From Podarcis gaigeae (lineage: Eukaryota), in NCBI GenBank assembly GCA_964106915.2, contig OZ066925.1: DNA of 64,000 nucleotides; one strand, written 5' to 3'. Positions 50,400-63,250 of this stretch are shown here, in pieces. Position numbers and translations under genes: made by a program. The notes under the pieces are model-generated. The model saw nothing but the letters and a program-made list of their open reading frames with translations. It was not told where the DNA came from and did no database searches. Each line of letters opens with the position of its first letter. Positions within the stretch are counted from its first letter, which is position 1.

Positions 50400-51556
50400 C
50401 AGTGGTGCCTCGCAAGACGAAATTAATTCGTTCCGCAAGTCTTTTCGTCTTGCGAGTTTTTCGTCTTGCGAAGCACGGTTTCCCATAGGAATGCATTGAA
50501 AATCAATCAATGCGTTCCTATGGAAACCGCCTTCAGACCAGGTCCGGGGACAATCTGTCCCCCGACCTCTTCTGAAGGCCGGCGGGGGGCGAATGTCTTT
50601 GCTCCCCCCCCCGCCTGCCTTCCCGGGACAGCGGAGACTTCTCCGCTGTCCCGGAGCGATCTTAAAATGCTCCCAGACGGCTTTTGAAGGCAGGCGGGGG
50701 GAGCAAAGAATTTTGCCCCCCGCCCGCTGTTCCGGGGCGATTTTAAAATGCTCCCGGACGGCTTTTGAAGGCAGGCGGGGGGGAGCAAAGACTTTTGCCC
50801 CCCGCCCGCCTTCAGAAGAGGTCCTGGACCTCTTCTGAAGGCGGGCGGGGGGCAAAAGTCTTTGCTCCCCCCTGCCTGCCTTCCCGGGAGAGCGGAAAAA
50901 CACAGCGCTGCATTTCTCCGCTCTCCCGGGAAGGCAGGCGGGGGGGACAAAGACTTTTGCCCCCCGCCAGCCTTCAAAAGAGGTCCTGGACCACTGCTGA
51001 AGGCCGGCGGGGGGCAAAAGTCTTTGTCCCCCCTGCCTGCCTTCCCGGGGGCTTTTAAATCGCCCCGGGACAGCGGAGAATTCCTCCGCTGTCCCGGGGT
51101 GATTTTAAAATGCTGGCGGGCGGCTTTTGAAGGCAGGCGGGGGGAGCAAAGACTTTTGCCCCCCACCCGCCTTCAGAAGAGGTCCAGGACCTCTTCTGAA
51201 GGTGGGCGGGGGGCAAAAGTCTTTGCTCCCCCCTGCCTGCCTTCAAAAGCCATCCGGGATAGCGGGAAGCGCTTCCCTGCTATCCCGGACTGCTTTTAAA
51301 ATGCTGGCGGTGGGGAGCAAAGCCTTTCGGCCCCCGCCGGCCTTCCTGGACCTCTTCTGAAGGCCGGAGGGGGGGAAAGGCTTTGCTCCCCACCGCTAGC
51401 ATTTAAAAGAGGTCCCCGGAGATTTCCCTATGGGCTTTCTTCTTGCGAAGCAAGCCCATAGGGAAATTCGTTTTGCGAAGCGCCTCCAAAACGGAAAACC
51501 CTTTCGTCTAGCGGGTTTTTCGTCTTGCGAGGCGTTCGTCTTGCGGGGCACCACTG
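50400..51556. mobile_element. Tigger/pogo-like non-autonomous element with GC-rich palindromic internal array
   Basis: TA-cagtggtgcctcgcaagacgaa ... ttcgtcttgcggggcaccactg-TA; internal repeats about 50560-51410. Confidence 0.92.
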
Positions 51557-52966
51557 TAGTACTAAAAGTCATTTTTGCAAAAGACAATCATAGCCTTTTG
51601 TCTTTGATAACAGTATGTCGGGGTTGAAGAACCAGCAGCCCTCTAGATGTTGATGGACCACAGCTCTTCTCACCCCTGGTTACTGGCCATGCCATCTGGG
51701 GCTGAGAGTCCAACAACATCTGGAGGACCACACTTTCTCCACTCATGGGTTATATCAGAGGCTTCATCTCAAATGATGCTCTTGAGAGCATAGTAAACCT
51801 CCTTACACCAAGACAGACCAATGGCCCATTGAGAAGGAGTCTGGGAAAGTCGTGAGGTACAAAGAAGGAGGAAATGGAAGAAGCAGTAAATTACTAGGGA
51901 CTGCACGGTCATCAGGCTTATTAGGCACTGGAGATAGTTAAGCTGTTAACTAGCTAGATATGTTTGCAAAACCAGAATAGGGCCAAACCCCCAGCTCAGT
52001 TTTATCTGTCTGGAATGAATATAGGGATTTCCCCCACCATAATATATCTGCTAATAACCATCTTTTATGATAAAGACTTCAAAGTGACTAGAAGAGTCAC
52101 GATTTTATAGCTGGCAAGATCATTTATTTTACAGAATTTTAAAAATGATGAACAACCTAATATATTTAATTAGGTAAGAGATAAGATAGGCATAACCACC
52201 TCTCTCTTTCCCCAATAGATGCAAATAAGAAAGCTGAGAACTGAAATTCAAGGAGCTCATAGTATTAATAATACGTTGTTAACGTAATCTGAATAATATG
52301 TTGTGAACATGAAGTATTACAAGGGTCTGCTGTTTAAAGTGTATGTAATCTTGATGAAAATGGAGACAAGAGACATCAGATCTAGGCTATTATAAGAAGG
52401 GTTTGGAACTTGAATTATTGCAAGAGCATGCTGTCCAAAATATATGTAATCTTGATGAAAATGACATCAACTCTAAGCAATTATGAAAAGGGGATCTGAA
52501 AAGAACTGCCGTCTTTAAGAAAAGGAAAAGTGCAGGAATACATCTACGGCTGGTCCTAATTATTTCATTCAGACATTGTCATGAATCATAGTTTATTGTG
52601 TTGGGAACAAATGGCATCAAGTCTTAGGCTCACACACTTCCCCCTCCCTTGTCCTCGAGAAGGAGATCAGAAACTGTCATTTCTGTTTTTTTAACTAACC
52701 GGAGATTGTCATTTCATCCAATCCCAGAAAACTGTGGTTAATCTTAAAAAGGGGTTGTTTGAAACAAGTTACTTCAAAGTATGCAATATACATATTTTTT
52801 GTTTCTACAAACTACAGTTAAGATTAACCAATGAATGCAGGGTTTGGACAAGTGAACTGCGGCATAATGAAGCTATTATATTTTTCTTATAAGTCAGATG
52901 TTATGCAACAATAGAAGGGTGAGAAAATATTGGGGAAGTGTTCCAGGAAATAACAGGTAATGAAAC

Positions 52967-53575
52967 ACTGGAAGACCTGCTCCCTGCCTTACAGGCTTTT
53001 TTTCCACCTGGCCTGGGAGGGTGGGGCCCTGACTGACTCCAACTACAAAAGCTGAAGCTGCTAAATAGACTCTTAGACTGGGGTATTGCTTAGGGATTTT
53101 TGCTGGGGTGGTTGTTGCTGTTACAGTGGTACCTCAGGTTAAGTACTTAATTCGTTCCGGAGGTCCGTTCTTAACCTGAAACTGTTCTTAACCTGAAGCA
53201 CCACTTTAGCTAATGGGGCTTCCTGCTGCTGCTGCTGCGCCGCCGGAGTACGATTTCTGTTCTCATCCTGAAGCAAAATTCTTAACCTGAAGCATTATTT
53301 CTGGGTTAGCGGAGTCTGTAACCTGAAGCGTATGTAACCTGAAGCGTATGAAACCCGAGGTACCACTGTATTGATATTGATTTTTAGTATCTTTATTTTA
53401 GATCTTATTATGATTTATGTATAAATTTTTAATTTGCTTGTGTACTTTTGGATGTTTTATTTATTGTTTATGACTACTTTTGTTATATTTGTAGTTATGT
53501 ATTTTTTTAATGTAAGCTGCACTGAGCATGGCTTTAACTGTGGAAAGGTGGCATACAAATAAAATCATGTATTAA
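52967..53575 (+). mobile_element. Older element with L2-type 3' end, split by a MITE
   Basis: Paralogous to 30895-32025 (tgctccctgcctt.cagg, ggcctgggag, gccctgactga, ttagatcttattatgatt, tgtaagctgc...gaaagg...acaaataaaat). Confidence 0.7.
53124..53368 (-). mobile_element. Tigger/pogo-like MITE, family A
   Basis: TA-cagtggtacctcaggtta ... aacccgaggtaccactg-TA. Confidence 0.92.
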
Positions 53576-54095
53576 TATATGTATTATGTAACAGAAAAGG
53601 ATTTAAACCTGAAGAATTTATCAAGAATTATTATATATATATTTAGTAAAATCCTGGTTATTATTTGGCTGGTCTTCTTACTTCTCAAATGTGATTAAAA
53701 CCAAATAACTGTGCTTTTGTATTCCCCCCTCCCTTTTGATGGATAGGTCTTATTTTTTCCCCTTAAAAAAATCAATAAGATACTACAACTGATACATTGT
53801 CACTGAACAGATTATCGTATCTGCTTAATAAGACAAGGCGCATATTAGTCCATGTTAACACCCCTTTTGCTTCTACCTTTGCACAAGCTATGATTAAACC
53901 AGAAAGTCTCTAATTAGTTAAGAGTTTCATATTTCAGCCAAACCAGGAAACTATGGTTATCAGCTTCAGAACAAGGCAGGATATTAAACCAACTTCAAAC
54001 CATGGTTACCCCAGCTGGATGAAATATGGATGGCTTATTATCGAGACTCATGCAGCGGGAAGAGAAAAAGGACTCCATCCAGGTGGAAAAGACTT

Positions 54096-54522
54096 AGGGC
54101 ACATCCACACTACACATTTAAACAGTGCTATTTTTCTAGAAAAATAAGTACTGGAACTCACCAGGAACACCTCTCTTGTTCTGTCATAATGGCAATGGCA
54201 CCCACCTGGGGGAAAAAACCCTGAACTTAAAGCATCATTATACCACTTAACCAGTCATGGCTTCCCACCAAAAGGCCTAGGAACTGTCATTTGTTAACAG
54301 TGCTGAAATATGGTAAGAGACCCCATATTCCCCCCATAAAGTGACAGTTCTCCGAGTGGTTTAGCAATCAATCCTTCCCAGGGAACTCTGGGAAATGTAG
54401 CTTCGTGAGGGGAATATGAGATTCCCTAACAACTCTGATCACCCTTAAAAACTGCAGCTCCCACAATAATTTGAGGAATCTTGACTGCTGAAGTGCCTTA
54501 AATGTACGGTGCAAATGTTGTC
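54096..54522. mobile_element. Palindromic MITE with nested short MITE (54123-54223)
   Basis: Outer ends gggcacatccacactacacatttaa / ttaaatgtacggtgcaaatgttgtc. Nested element cagtgctattttt ... aaaaaaccctg is flanked by catttaaa / aacttaaa. Related pieces at about 4255-4380 and 20860-21010. Confidence 0.6.
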
Positions 54523-55237
54523 TTATTCATCTGTCTGCTTGTTCAGCCAATCCACAATCACCTGAACACAGCCACTGTATGTCTGAGTCTGAGCTAGTAA
54601 TATATTGCCCTGGTCAGGCTGTATACTACAGTAAGTCGGATGCTGGGCTTCCAGTCCATAAATTTTTGAACTGCAAACAAACTATTAATCTATTATGTTT
54701 ATGTCAGCTGCAATCTGGCAGCCTGCTCTCTTAATTTAGTTCCCTAATGGATCCCACGTTAACTAAGTACAGTAGCAAACTTGAATAAGAAATGTGTCAG
54801 GGAGCCAGGCTTTGCCGCTTAGAAAGAGACAAGCTCTTCACTCCCATCATCTTGTGACAAACTTATGTGTATGAAGCAGCGACATTTCAAAGGGAAAACA
54901 AAATAAAAAACAAGCGTTTTGAAAAGCTCTTCACAAGCAGTCATGTTGCCTTCAGCAGTATTAAAGGTGCTTTGTGATGCAGGGATGCTTTAACATCAAT
55001 CTGACAAAGGAATATTATTAATGGCTTCCCCCCCCCAAAAAAAAAACCCTTATGAAAACAGTTCTCTTCTAAGCAGGCCCATCCAGAGCTTGTCTGAGGC
55101 CTGGGGTGGAAGTCTTGTTAAAATAAAGTTATAAACGCTTAGCATGACAGTGTAAGTCCAGCAGGCTCCTGGCTTACCCTCTGAGGACTGGGACAAGTGT
55201 ACCTGACTGCCCCCGTCCCAGGTCTGCTTCTAAGTTG

Positions 55238-55653
55238 TTTTTTGTTAGAAAATCTTTATTAATTTTTCACATAAACAAATAAACATGAATTACATAACAT
55301 ACAAAACAAAAAACACTACAAATGAATAAAAACAATAAAGAAAAGATAAAGAAACAAACATAAACAACTACTATATATTACACTTACATGACATATTAAA
55401 ATATATAACTTCCAATAATTCTTATTATACTACTTATATTATCTATAGTCTTTGCACAGATTCATATTTTTTTGTTTTGTGTGTGTGTGTATAATCCAAT
55501 ATAATATTTTATGTATATCTTGCTTACCAGTATCACTCTATTTCTGCAAGTATCTTATTGTTCATACAGTACAATTTTAGATATTCTTTGAATATTTTCC
55601 ATTCCCTATATACCTTCTGGTTTGACACTCCTCTAATTTTTCCAGTCAGAAAA
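55238..55653 (-). mobile_element. L1 LINE 3' fragment (end of ORF2 plus AT-rich 3' UTR)
   Basis: 18-bp TSD aggtctgcttcta(a/g)gttg at 55220-55237 and 55654-55671. Minus strand encodes LTGKIRGVSNQKVYREWKIFKEYL and ends aataaagattttctaacaaaaaa. Confidence 0.8.
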
Positions 55654-55850
55654 AGGTCTGCTTCTAGGTTGCAGCTGTCTTTCATTTAAAAGCATAAGAG
55701 CCAAAGGCCGATCTAGTTTAACATCCTGTTCTCACAGTAGCCAATCAGACACCTGGGAAATGCCTCAAACAGTCTCCCCACTTGTGATGCCAAGCATCCT
55801 GCCGTGACGGTGGAGGTAGCCATAGTTAAGCAAGGGATGGGCAGCAATAG

Positions 55851-56184
55851 GTAAAGGTAAAGGGACCCCTGACCATTAGGTCCAGTAGCAGACGACTCTG
55901 GGGTTGCGGTGCTCATCTTGCTTTATTGGCCGAGGGAGCCGGCGTACAGCTTCCGGGTCATGTGGCTACAATGACTAAGCCGCTTCTGGCGAACCAGAGC
56001 AGTGCACGGAAATTCCGTTTACCTTCCCACCAGAGCGGTACCTATTTATCTAATTGCACTTTGACGTGCTTTCAAACTGCTAGGTTGGCAGGAGCAGGGA
56101 CCGAGCAACGGAAGCTCACCCATCGCGGGGATTCGAACTGCCGACCTTCTGATCGGCAAGCCCTAGGCTCTGTGGTTTAACCCA
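55851..56184 (-). mobile_element. Sauria SINE
   Basis: gtaaaggtaaagggacccctg (reverse of tail) to ggctctgtggtttaaccca (reverse of head); near-TSD cagcaatag / cagcaacag. Confidence 0.92.
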
Positions 56185-59100
56185 CAGCAACAGTGCTATC
56201 CTCAAAAAGGTTCCAGCCTAATAAGTATCAACAAAGATTTGATTCAAGCATGAAACACACACACACTTATTTCAACTGCTAACACCTTGACCCTGTCAAG
56301 AATCAGGCCCAGTTTAATTTGAAACTCCTGCATGTTAACAGACGCCACAAAAATCTGCCTAATCACCATTTCCCGACTGAGGTATGGCAGAATGGAAAAG
56401 AGTTCTACATGTCAACTTGTCCATTCGAGATCTGCATGACTGATAGCCTCATAAACAAATTGTAAAGCTTCAACCGTAAATTTTACAAGAGAGTTACAAA
56501 CAAACAAAAATTATTTTTTTACAGGAGAGAATAAAATAAAGGTGGCGGCAGAATACTATCGATCTGAGAAACCAGTGAACTGAATCCTGTACTGCGCGGT
56601 GATGAATTATAAGTAAAGGATATATATAAGCAGTAATTAGCAAGGGTTTCCTGGCAATGGGCTACCTGGAAACAAAGGAACAGATGTCCGGGCAACTACA
56701 TACCTATATACTAGAGGATTTCATTAGCATCCAAGCTGCCATACTGAATACCAAATGGAGGAAACCTATGTGTTCAGATTTAAGTTACATATAAACTGAA
56801 CGAGCAGCAGTACAAATAGAATGGCAAAGTTGTGTGAACATTCCTGTCAGATTATTGTCATCTAGGCTGCCCTCAAAAACAGTGATTGCTCAACCCAAAC
56901 CAAAATATTCATTTTTCACTGATAATTGGCTCTCTAGGCATAAAATGATGTTCAGATTCCTAAGCACCAACACACTAGTAATGCTTTCAGGTTAAAAAGT
57001 TGCTACTCGCAAACTTAAAAGACTGCTTTCAAAAAGTGGGATTACTATAGCAGAAATGTGTTGGTGTTTCTCATGTGTATGTGTATTATGCACACATAAA
57101 GATATAAAGTATAAGATCTGTATCAGCACCAGCTTAAATTAAACCATAGCAACCATATTTTGTTTACAAAAGATAATGTATCACCTCAAAAGGCAACACA
57201 ACAAAACTGAGCGGGTCTTAGTATATACGAGAAAGGACTAACTGACATAGCATGGATCATATCCAGATCTGGGTTCTGGAGAATTTTTATTGGCTTCTAG
57301 CAGGTCTATTCAAATTTTAATGCAGGTAAAAAGATGTGTCCAGTTTTGTTCATAAGTAAAAGCAGAGAGGAATTAAAGTTGTTAGAAGCAGGTATTTCCA
57401 CACTATAATGTTACACCTCTTTTGAATTGTGTATGCAAGACATACACACAAAATATGTAGCACAGGCTGCATTCTGTGCTACAGACAGAGCAGAGAACTC
57501 TAGGACCAGAGACACATCTTACCAAATAAACTCAGCTCATCACAAGTGTAACCATTCCGTATTCAGGGTTTCGCAGCTATAGAGCATATATATTCAGATA
57601 CAGTAACTCCACGTGCACATAATGCTAAATCGTTCTTTAGAATTACAAGGACAAGCCTATACAAACCTTAAGGCTCATGAGCTTCCAGAAGCTTTTGCTT
57701 CCGTTCTGACTAAGCATGTCTGGCCAAACTGTGATAAGTCTTAACTATGGTTTACTCTAAAACAAGGCAACTTCAAAAACTGGTTTATGAAGCTAGCTTG
57801 TTTTAGACTTAACACTAAATTGGTTAAGCAAAAACAGAAGTGGAAATTTTCAGTTTCTTCACAGCTGCACTGGAGAAGATGAGGAAATGCATGAGCCCAG
57901 GGCTCACACAGAGCGTCATTCTTGTAACACTAAACCATGGTTTTGCATTGTGTGTGAATGCAGCCACTGTGTCTCTGAGCTCTATAGCTGGGAAACCCTA
58001 AATACTGAATGGCAGTAGCTTTATTAAGGAGCACAGCTATCCATGATGGGCTGAGTGTATTTGGCAAGATACACTTCTGCCCCAACCTCCAGTTCACTTG
58101 CCTGGAGTAGAGTGACTCAGAAAATGCAGAAACTGGCCACATCCCTGCTTTATATTATAAACTGCACATATTTTTACAGCATACACCTTCCCAAAATAAA
58201 GTCCAATCCCTACAGTTCTAATGTTAAAATAAAATTGTTTCATGTAAACATTGGATTCCTATGCTTTGGTACAATCCTATCCTGTTTCCTGGGAATAAAC
58301 CCAACTGAGACTTATTTTTGAGTAGGCACGTCTGGGATTGTGCTGTTAAATCTTTTCTTTCTTTGACTTCTGTTCATCAGTTTCAAAACAGCAAACATCA
58401 TCCTAAACTCCAATGACATGAGTCTACACAGCCAAGCAAGGAATGCGTTCAGTGGAATTATTCAAGTCTGTCTAGCAGTTATCTCATGGCTGAATTATTC
58501 TGCTCACAGTCAAAACAGCCTTTCTTGGAACCATTCTGATTTTACTGCCTATAAATTATAGCACAATTCTAGCATACATTATTCAGACAAAACAATTGGC
58601 TACCTTCCCTTTTTTTTGGAACGAAACACACACAGTAGCTTATCTAGGGTGACAAGAGCAGTATCCTAACAGCAGGCACAAGGTCTGGAATACAAGAATG
58701 AATGCCACTGATTGAGTGTAGTTAAAATCAATATAATGGCATGAATCTCACACATTCAAAGAGAAGTTTCACATTTACTTAGTGGTTGTTGTTTTTTTTA
58801 AAAAAAGGTTAATGACATACAGGCAACCCCCATTTTAGGTGTGACCAATATGTGAGCGATCAAACACACACACATTGTTGAACCTGTAAGTGACCCAGAA
58901 ACTTTATAAAAGATGTCCCTAAAAGGGTGGAATAGGGGCAGGGTGAAGCAGAACAGAGCAGAGCAGAGCGTTTCCATTTATGCAGGGGTTACGTTCCAAG
59001 TCACTGTGCGTTTAAGGGAATGTTTCTGTTTGAGGAGCTTTTTTTGTTTAGTATTTGTTTTGTGGCAGGGCAAAGGGGGGAAGAGAGACAGTGCACATAT

Positions 59101-60321
59101 TTAATGCAAGATGAAGGGAAATGTTGTTGCTATTATTTCCTGGATACTTGTCAGTGAATTTCTAAAATGAACTTTTTTGGGCTCTATGCCTGCCTGGATA
59201 TCGTATTGACTGACTCCATATCCTTCCCCAAACCTGGAAGATATCCTTCCTGAACTCGTCAATAAGAGGCTGATTGTGATTCCCCTGGTATTACTTCACA
59301 TTTTCAAAACAGAGTGATGCTGATGTGCCCTGGATCAAATGAAATAATCATTTTTGTCTGTTGGTTGGAATACTTTGCTCCTATAATTTAGAAAATGTTT
59401 TGGACAACGAAGTGGGAGAAAACTGCACGGAACTGGAAGCAAATATTTGTCACATTTTAAAAGTTTCCGTGTGGTGGGGTTTGTTTGTTTTTTTGACAGT
59501 GGATGTGAAGGTGTAATCAGCACTAGAATTCAAAAACAGGTGTCATGTGGTATGGCTTAATTGCTAAACAAGAGGTACAGAGTCAATATTGTCTGAAAGT
59601 CACGGTTAGGCCCTCTTACATGGGAGCTTTTCCCCTGTCCATAGATGTATAGAAAATAATTGGCTTTCTTTGGTGAAGAAACAGTAGTGCTCTGCACATG
59701 CATAATGACACCCCTTCCTAAATGAGTGATGTACAGATCTTATTGTGATGAAAACAGCAAGGAAAAAGTTGCAGCCCTACCAAGTCAAAATGTTACCAGG
59801 CACCACGGACTGTGCCTTTTCTTATTTAATTACAATTGTAGATCTGTAGCTTTAATAGATAAAAACCTCAGTGTGGTGGTGGTGGGGTCACGATATATGG
59901 TTCACACCCTGGCACATGTGTGGTTTGTTAAGGCACTGCACACACATGGAAGCTAGAGAATTCTTAAAAGCTCTCTTTCTGAAAAAAACTTCAGCATTTT
60001 CCCTAAGTCCTCAGAACAACTGGGAGTCTTAATTGCTGGCTTCGCTTCCAAACAAACATTCACTTCATCCAGTTTAACTTGCTCAGTGTTTAGTCTCGCT
60101 GGTGCAAAGCAGGTAAAGCGAAACCTTTTGGTGGCCCAACTTCTGCCTCTCAGTTCCTGCAGCTGCCATGGCAAAAGCATCCATGCTAAACCTTAACATA
60201 GAAAATCTTATGAACTGATTAGCTTGGCAAAGCAGGCTAATAATGTTCAAGTGCGCAGAGGGGATCGGAAAGTGGCTTTGAGACTACTTGTGCCTCCTGA
60301 AACCGCAGCAAAGGCAGCAGT

Positions 60322-60338
60322 TCTGCCCTCTAGTGGGT
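60322..60338 (-). promoter_or_regulatory. Candidate CTCF binding site
   Basis: Minus strand CCACTAGAGGGCAG matches the CTCF core consensus CCASYAGRKGGCR; lies in apparently unique sequence. Binding is not shown. Confidence 0.55.
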
Positions 60339-60691
60339 AAATGTTAGCAAGATGAATTTATTCACAGAGATTTCGCAATCAGATCCTGGTTAGTAATGCT
60401 AACAGTTCACAGCTTGATCTACAAGGAAGATTCATTGTGTATTACAAACACAACACAGAAAGGCTAATAACAGCTAAGGCTGAAGAACAAAAATTTTTGT
60501 CTCTCTGAAGAAGAAAAACTACAGAAAACCATGGCACAGTTATATAAGAAACAAACTACAGTATATGATATACACTAATGCATATAAAAATGCCCCTATA
60601 ATTTGGGGGGGGTGTTAAAAAGATGGTTTGAGAGGAGTGGGATTTAAAGCAGAGAGCAGAGGTGAAAGAGGGTGCTTAACCATTGTCCCTC

Positions 60692-60830
60692 ACTGTTAGT
60701 ACATTTGCAAAGCTGAGGAGGGTTCAGTATGGTTTCAAATTGAAAGGGGGACCGTGTGTTGAGATTCCTGCATTGCAGGGGGTTGGACTAGATCATTCTT
60801 GGGGTCCCTTCCCACTCTACAATTCTATTC
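60692..60830 (+). mobile_element. 5S-derived SINE with CR1-type tail, second copy
   Basis: acatttgcaaagctgaggagggttcagtatggtttcaaattg...tcctgcattgcaggggggttggactagatc...ggtcccttcccactctacaattctattc. Confidence 0.7.
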
Positions 60831-63009
60831 AAAATCGCTAGCAGCAATTACCATGTAACACAAATCCATAGTTTCGTGCTACATGGACAAGCTATAGCAA
60901 CCCCAGCCAAAGTGTTGGGCTCACACACTTCCCTTCCTGTTTCAAAGAATGATGACTTGTTTCACATGAACAAAGAATCCTGGACAACCAGGAGTAATGA
61001 AGCTGACTTCTTTAACTAACCAGAATTCATTGCAAGCCAAGACTTCTGGATCATACAACACTTAAAATTTGCATTCCTAATCTGTCCTGACTCATTGCTT
61101 GGGTTCGTTGTGTGTTGCCCACATAGCCTTCAACCTCACTTTAGTGTTACGTGGAAATGCAGCTACAAGCAAATTAAGGAAATGGCAGGGTCATGATGTT
61201 GCTCTGGTGTCACAAAACCTTCACAGACTCTCTGACATTTCAGGCATAAAATTTTGTGATATCAGAGCAACATACCCCATGGTTTTGGGGAGTGTTAATC
61301 TCAACCAACCGAAGCCAGAGTCCTGGCCCTGCAATTTTCAGGATTTTATCAGAGAGCCTGACAGCATCCAGTCAGGTTGCATTCTACCATTATGACTCCA
61401 CCTCCACCCCCAATTTCTTTCAATTGTTCCTGGCACAATTACAAAGCTTTTGCTTTCCAAACCAAATCTGAATGCTGCAGACTGTTGACGCCTTCTTCAC
61501 AACTCTACAGCCACATGAAAGCATCCCAAATAATATCCAAAATGGCATGGGGGAAGGGTCCAAAAACAGGATATTGATTTGAGAGATTAGTCTGTGTTTA
61601 TAATGCCCCCCCTTAGTTAGGTACACTCAAATCCATTCATTTTAATGGGCTTAAGCACTCCTAATGCTAGGCTGGATTGTGGCCAATGTATACATTTCAA
61701 ACTAAAAGTAAATTAATGGGGAACTGAATACTGAACATATGAACGTGCCTTATGCCAAGTCAAGTCATTGGCCTGTCTGACCTAGTACTGCCTACTACAG
61801 GAGTATGTTGGACTACAATTCCCATCATCCCTGATGATGCTAGACATGCTGGCTAGGGTTGATGGGACCTGTTGGCTACTCCTGCCAGATTTTCTCAAAA
61901 GCAACATAGTACTCTCCAGTTGTTGTGGGACCATCTCCCATCAATCCCAGGCAACAGGGTCAAAGATCAGAACTGTAGTCCAGCAACATCTAAAATATAT
62001 CACATTGGTTACAGCGGATCTAAAGCCATAGACAGATCTTTCTTCCTGGCTCTGCATCCTGTATTAGCAAATGAACCTGGGACCACTTGCATGTAAAGCA
62101 TGTACATTACCACTGTGACTTTCCCCCATTCATTCCTTAGTGAACACACAGGTATAAATATGCATGCCACCCTTAAGATTACATTTTTTCTGGATGGAAA
62201 AACCCATGTGCTTCTGTGGAAGGCAGAACCCACTATCTGTAAAGCCTTGCTCCTGGCACATCGCCCTGCTGTTCAGGTGTTATTGAATCACAATGTTACA
62301 CTGTGCAGTGATATGCTGGCTAGCACAACATTAGAGTCTCAGAGCTACAGGGGTCTAGAGAGACAATCCTGCGCCGCTGGAGAAAATGCAAGATTTGACA
62401 TTGATTTCTGTGGGAATAGGGGCTCCATCTTGATAGGCAATCAAGAAGCAGTCTAAACCTTTGCTGCTTAAATATTTTTTACTTAACCTATTAAGGCCCA
62501 CAGTATGAAGAAATCAATAGCGCTTAAATGAATAAATATCAGTGGTATTAGTAAGTCAGTCTGTGCCGCTATGGTGGTAGATATTATTAAACTTATTACA
62601 TTTACAATTATAAGAGCTAAATGACCATATCTGATGCAGAATAACTGTGTTCTCTTAAACTGATTGATTGGTTATTATCACTGATCAGCCATCATAGGAA
62701 AAGCTTTATCAAGTGCTGAAGCTGGGATGGGAAACCTGTGATTCTCCATATGTTGTTGGGACTCCAGTTCCCATCATCCCTGACCATTAGCCATGCTGGT
62801 TGGGGCTGATGGTAGCTGGAGTCCAATAACATCTGTACCATCATAGATGCTGCCACAGATGCCCCATTAAGTGCTAAAGCTCATTACTTAACGATCACTA
62901 CCACTTCAGTTCATCATATTATCATATCTTCATAAAGACAGCAAGTATGTGACTTCTATATTTTCTCCTTAGCCTCACCTAGTATATTAGCACTCAGTAT
63001 ATTGACTTG

Positions 63010-63250
63010 AGAATATATTGAGTATATTGAGAAGAGAAGACTCCCTGGAAAAGACCCTGATGTTGGGAAAGATGGAGGGCACAAGGAGAAGGGGACGACA
63101 GAGGACGAGATGGTTGGATAGTGTCTTCGAAGCTACAAACATGAGTCTGACCAAACTGCGGGAGGCAGTGGAAGACAGAAGTGCCTGGCGTGCTCTGGTC
63201 CATGGGGTCACGAAGAGTCGGACACGACTAAACGACTAAACAACAACAAC
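63010..63250 (+). mobile_element. RTE-BovB LINE, short 3' fragment
   Basis: RREDSLEKTLMLGKMEG...RTRLND* is nearly identical to the 31.8 kb copy; (CAA)n tail; TSD atattgacttg at 62999-63009 and 63251-63261. Confidence 0.95.

Noticed and set aside
50397-51360. Several overlapping long ORFs (206, 219, 145 aa) with PPPAF/GGG repeats
   Set aside because: They arise on both strands from the GC-rich palindromic array inside a TIR element and have no transposase or other domain.
50560-51410. Regularly recurring palindromic repeats superficially like a CRISPR array
   Set aside because: Eukaryotic context, intervening sequences are themselves repeats rather than unique spacers, and there are no cas genes.
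56598-56750. GTGATGA C-box suggesting a C/D snoRNA
   Set aside because: No D box at a suitable distance and no terminal stem.
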